Shown here: piece by piece, positions 30,201 to 33,284 of the stretch
Layout of the letters: every line of letters starts with the position of its first letter
Position numbering within the stretch: the first letter of the stretch is position 1
Origin: Thraustochytrium aureum
Lineage: Eukaryota
Reading direction: 5' to 3'
NCBI GenBank assembly: GCA_012862495.1
Contig: BLSG01000208.1
Span: 240,457-273,740, forward strand
DNA: 33,284 nucleotides
Program-made: the position numbers and the translations under genes
Notes under the pieces: generated by a model
What the model was told of the DNA's origin: nothing
What the model saw: the letters and a program-made list of their open reading frames with translations, nothing else
Database searches by the model: none

Positions 30201-31648
30201 TCGCTACATTCGCACTCAACGCGCTTGAGTTCCACAAGGCACTCGTTTGCTTGGAGTGCAATATTTTCCAGTGCCGCGCCCGATTGGGCGCGCGAAACCT
30301 GCCCTCGCGCTTGCTCGCCGCCAACGGCAAAAGGCTCAACGGTGGCGGCATCTGCCCCGGTTTCGTTGGGCTTGTTGAATGGTTTTGCAGCTAGACCGTC
30401 GTTTGCAACAACAAGCTCGTTTGGTTGTGAGCTCGTTACTTGCGCAGCTGCTCGCCCGCTCTGCTCGCGAAACGCATCGTCCTCAAGCTCCTCATCGCTG
30501 AGGCCTATCGAACTCGGAAGTGCAACTGGTACGGTTATGTCATCCGTGCTCAGCTCAATTTCAGAGCCAGATTGGGCCACAACCGCCGGGTCTTCTCCGT
30601 CAACTCCGCCGCCAGCGCGATGCCGCATCGCAGTGCTAATCGGCGGCTTCTCCACAATAAACGCCTCGTCTTCATCGTCGTCTTCGTCCTCATCGTCAAC
30701 GAATTCAACATCGCCTCCATCCTCTGCATCGCAGTCTTGTTCGTCAGTGCCACTCAGTCCGTTTGAGTTTTCACGAGATGGCGCTTCGTTGCTCGGAACT
30801 TGCAAAGGCGCCCCGCCCTTGCTGAAGAGATTGTCGAGAGTTCTTGCCCGCTCAATCTCGAACGCGAGCTTGGATCTCGACTCTTGCGGAATAAGCGCTA
30901 GGGACGTGACTTCTTCGACCTCGTCTGGGAGCACCCACGTACTCTCCTGTGTTTCCGTGTTGTAATAGTAAATATTCCCGTCATCGTCTGCACACTCCAG
31001 CCACGTCGTCGCTTGAAAGCCGCCTCCGCCGAGCTGGTCATCGGCGGGGGCCATGCTCAAAGCACCGAGTCCTCGATCTATGTTACGTCCAGCCTCAACG
31101 TAGGGCTCAGCCCCCAGACCTTTGGCCCCGGCCTCGACGCCAGGACGGCGAAGNNNNNNNNNNNNNNNNNNNNNNNNNNNNNNNNNNNNNNNNNNNNNNN
31201 NNNNNNNNNNNNNNNNNNNNNNNNNNNNNNNNNNNNNNNNNNNNNNNNNNNNNNNNNNNNNNNNNNNNNNNNNNNNNNNNNNNNNNNNNNNNNNNNNNNN
31301 NNNNNNNNNNNNNNNNNNNNNNNNNNNNNNNNNNNNNNNNNNNNNNNNNNNNNNNNNNNNNNNNNNNNNNNNNNNNNNNNNNNNNNNNNNNNNNNNNNNN
31401 NNNNNNNNNNNNNNNNNNNNNNNNNNNNNNNNNNNNNNNNNNNNNNNNNNNNNNNNNNNNNNNNNNNNNNNNNNNNNNNNNNNNNNNNNNNNNNNNNNNN
31501 NNNNNNNNNNNNNNNNNNNNNNNNNNNNNNNNNNNNNNNNNNNNNNNNNNNNNNNNNNNNNNNNNNNNNNNNNNNNNNNNNNNNNAGGTCTCTGATGATC
31601 GAGGGCCGAGCTCGTTTTCGCGTTCGCGGTGATGATGGGCTCCAGCAT
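27221..31648 (-). CDS. Large WW-domain, long coiled-coil protein with a C-terminal degenerate kinesin-motor-like domain (5' part interrupted by gap 31154-31585; start uncertain)
   Basis: More than 1300 codons open. WW domain WLECADDDGNIYYYNTETQESTWVLP (~30926-31009), acidic stretch, about 550 aa of heptad-rich sequence, then kinesin-like elements in canonical order. Confidence 0.8.
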   Translation of the reverse strand: MLEPIITANAKTSSALDHQRPXXXXXXXXXXXXXXXXXXXXXXXXXXXXXXXXXXXXXXXXXXXXXXXXXXXXXXXXXXXXXXXXXXXXXXXXXXXXXXXXXXXXXXXXXXXXXXXXXXXXXXXXXXXXXXXXXXXXXXXXXXXXXXXXXXXXXXXXXXXXXXXXLRRPGVEAGAKGLGAEPYVEAGRNIDRGLGALSMAPADDQLGGGGFQATTWLECADDDGNIYYYNTETQESTWVLPDEVEEVTSLALIPQESRSKLAFEIERARTLDNLFSKGGAPLQVPSNEAPSRENSNGLSGTDEQDCDAEDGGDVEFVDDEDEDDDEDEAFIVEKPPISTAMRHRAGGGVDGEDPAVVAQSGSEIELSTDDITVPVALPSSIGLSDEELEDDAFREQSGRAAAQVTSSQPNELVVANDGLAAKPFNKPNETGADAATVEPFAVGGEQARGQVSRAQSGAALENIALQANECLVELKRVECECSEGDSRGQRGLVSLRASLEALHDLVETSAATETLQKDSTPTDGIGSVEHALIAARQALREERARSDHLEMALAKTAASTIPNTDAQQAGLRELEEEASAAREAERACREEIQQLREALNAAKTAADLAKAESEKDAQQLASTLQAQNTALAANIAALSSRLENEESENRKIAAVCAKLKEDLARAELALDKAAKPDATEAFAQTDFSTASTPREQMSDELQTCRSELERAKRKLELVLAERDRAREDSAREEEKARLSHVAREKLEHELEESRSLIDKLRNEDVPSPAEVAELERKLADKELSQVQTARHHKQMQDTVATLQAQAAKLQEELGAALKESLRLRDELEEARASGSAGATSIGAAAAHRIELAEAKARSANSELAEAQGALTKLQVESRRKTSQIDELAERLRNAKADLESAKLHGPALARQHTSLLEEQLQRVAARLVEQEERAAQAERDVEDVSAEAQAMHESATRALAEADRAQVEVQECESRLAAERKRWGAERQALRREAQLLQNQLDRLRGPDVCVLHASRLNALALEARRCRRATASASEEVRQGFSRLVGDLAKAQSGLRRLTRPVPASAGGEDHSSEVNLSGLLGSAPNGPRRPGSMGLVASLEQSVVGTKRRKLAVVCRVHPRVCHVLNSSILMANQHAVELCSADGRSKRWSIDGLVDAHTGNDALFSHLRLAPFCFSRCEDTTYCAILLGQAKSDPLYSVLGSKSDPGLMAQCIYGLAQNVGFSSHSIEIDKVIVDQVGCRAAFREIGVSCRSINAAQQLIEQLESASQASACKGSPPGSPAGHDKRHEVACPSDPKREKRPKTPARKAKKRRAKVAQQSESTRQGNHSRLHQGHAVYTIFVDEVPRFQFVVLEPLDRLQKHRSSWADVSRAADATEAVSLLQRATREWSRFGAAATAAATEEPLINQLYVLHTGSGVLHVVAHVVAELEEADEAASALNRALQFRLSAVAQDKCDAGGSGGGGGGGGDNRSPA

Positions 31649-32963
31649 TCCACGCCGCTGTGGTTTGGGCGCCTGGGCTGCAGCGGGCGGGAGTCGAAAG
31701 CTGGGAAAGCACTCGGTTGACTGCATTTGGGTGCTGGCGCTGCTGTTCGCTTTTCAGGCTGCACCAATCGGCGCATCGACGCGCGGGACAGTGTGGCCAC
31801 ATGCCAGGGGTGGACCAAACAAACCAACGCGAAGGCGCTCGCGCTCGGATGTTTATAAATGTGGCGCTCTAGCTAGTCACTGGAGGGTTGCGTGACCTTC
31901 AAGCCACTCGGCTGGCTCAACCGTGACCATACTCTGCTGGCCATTGAGTGTGTCAGGCGAGACCGTCCAAGCTGTGCCTGAACTTTGGCGGTACTGCAGC
32001 GCTGCTTGACCGCTGTCGCAGGGTTTCGGTTGCTCTAGTTTTGAGAAAGACTTATTCAAAGCAAGCCGTGAAAGCGAATCAGCGCAAGGGCGATCGCCGC
32101 TCTGGGCCTACCTCGGGAGCCTGAACGTGACTGTCGGGTCTGCCCATCAAGTCAGCGAGTGGCAAGCACCAACAGACCGGTACACGGCACATACCTTGCA
32201 GCTTGTGTCAGCGGATCTGGTTTGCTTCTGAAAGGTGGTTCCCGAGGTGGCAGATTCGCCTGCGACTCGGTATGCAGGCGACTTGCGGGTGCGTCATCGA
32301 GTTTTCCGTTGATGGGATAGCCGTTGACTCGCTGACGCGACATGTGAAGCATTGCGCAAACCAAGCAGACTAGTACCTGTTTGTTGTCGACGCGGTCGGA
32401 TTTGGCTTCGGTGCGAAACCGAGTTGGCGAACAGCCTCGCAAGATTCGACTTTGGGAGCACAGGAACTCTCGGGCCAGAGCGGAGCGAATGGGCAGGCGA
32501 CGTGCCAGGAGCTAGAACCGTTGCGATGCGCCCAACTGAGCGGCTCATGCAGCAACGCTCAGCGTCAGAAGATTCTTCTGGCGTGGCACTGAACGTTGCT
32601 GCCAATCACGAAACTCGCCCACTGGAGAACTGGTGCAGCGAATCCGTTGAGATTCGCAGTCGTCCGCGGTGCGCAACACAAACAGGACGGCGAACGCAGG
32701 GGGGCTTACTTGAACTGCCTTGACGAGGATAGAAGGACAAGACGTGCGGATAGAAAATGGATGCCAACGCGGTTTCTCTATCAGCGCACCAGTCACGAAA
32801 CTAGCGAGCGCCTGGACTATCAACCTCCAGACCACACCAGATCGAGCTTTCTGTACGAGAAACCGAGCAGGCTGGTACACGCGCTGTGCGATACGGCTTT
32901 TCAAAGGCATAGATATCAGTCGGAACAGCGTACGCGCAAGCCTCCTTGTCTCACCGATTCCGA

Positions 32964-33284
32964 ATGAGAGCCGCGCAAGCACTTGGCATCGCCCTCCTCG
33001 GGGTGGTCCTTCGAACCTCTCAAGCCGACAATGCCGCGTGCTCCGCTTTCGAGAGCGAGGACGCACATGCTATCACCCCCGCTGGGAATCTGATCGTGCG
33101 CGGTGCCGGAGCCTCGTTCCCAGACCGCCTGTACCAAGACGCAACATTTGCATACAGCTTTGAAAACCCGTCCGTCGATGTCTCGTACCGCGGAACTGGA
33201 AGCGGCCAAGGCAAGTGCCGCATCATGAGCTACTGCGACGAGTGTAGCCACCCGTTCCTCGACACCCCCGGCACCGACGACGCT
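32964..33284 (+). CDS. Secreted/membrane protein with PstS-like phosphate-binding domain (5' partial view; runs off the window)
   Basis: Not in the ORF track. MRAAQALGIALLGVVLRTSQA|DN signal peptide, then IVRGAGASFPDRLYQDATFAY...VDVSYRGTGSGQGKCRI, matching PstS motifs GAGASFP and YxxxGSGxG. Confidence 0.85.
   Translation, partial: MRAAQALGIALLGVVLRTSQADNAACSAFESEDAHAITPAGNLIVRGAGASFPDRLYQDATFAYSFENPSVDVSYRGTGSGQGKCRIMSYCDECSHPFLDTPGTDDA

Noticed and set aside
31830..32960. Lower-GC intergenic stretch with short ORFs; considered as a transposon relic
   Set aside because: No terminal repeats, target duplications or transposase/RT motifs seen.
1..33284. tRNA, rRNA, snRNA, CRISPR arrays or mobile elements
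   Set aside because: No cloverleaf, conserved snRNA/rRNA words, repeat-spacer arrays or transposon ORFs recognised by eye.

Overview
GC-rich, gene-dense, intron-poor eukaryotic genomic DNA from a draft assembly. It has seven N-gaps and at least five single-base frameshifts at homopolymers. The style (long single-exon genes, short GT-AG introns with GCTRAC branch points, tetranucleotide repeats flanking genes, cilia-related genes) suggests a flagellated protist, by inference a stramenopile such as a thraustochytrid. About 15 genes are supported: an AN1 zinc-finger protein (partial), a small basic spliced gene, an MLKL/HeLo-like helical protein with a duplicated C-terminal zinc-ribbon, a cytochrome b561-like protein lacking one His pair, a membrane astacin protease, AP-5 sigma, a two-pore K+ channel with internal EF-hands, a BART-domain protein, MCM5, Sec61 alpha, a hypothetical protein, Rrp6/EXOSC10, a small EF-hand protein, a PTS2-bearing TesI-like steroid dehydrogenase, a WW/coiled-coil protein with a degenerate kinesin domain, and the start of a PstS-domain protein. 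The best leads are a hairpin-dense non-coding element at about 23.07-23.40 kb, the MLKL-like/WGNQYG zinc-ribbon gene, the His-to-Tyr/Met cytochrome b561 and the pseudo-kinesin. All family calls are by-eye motif recognition; no searches were run.
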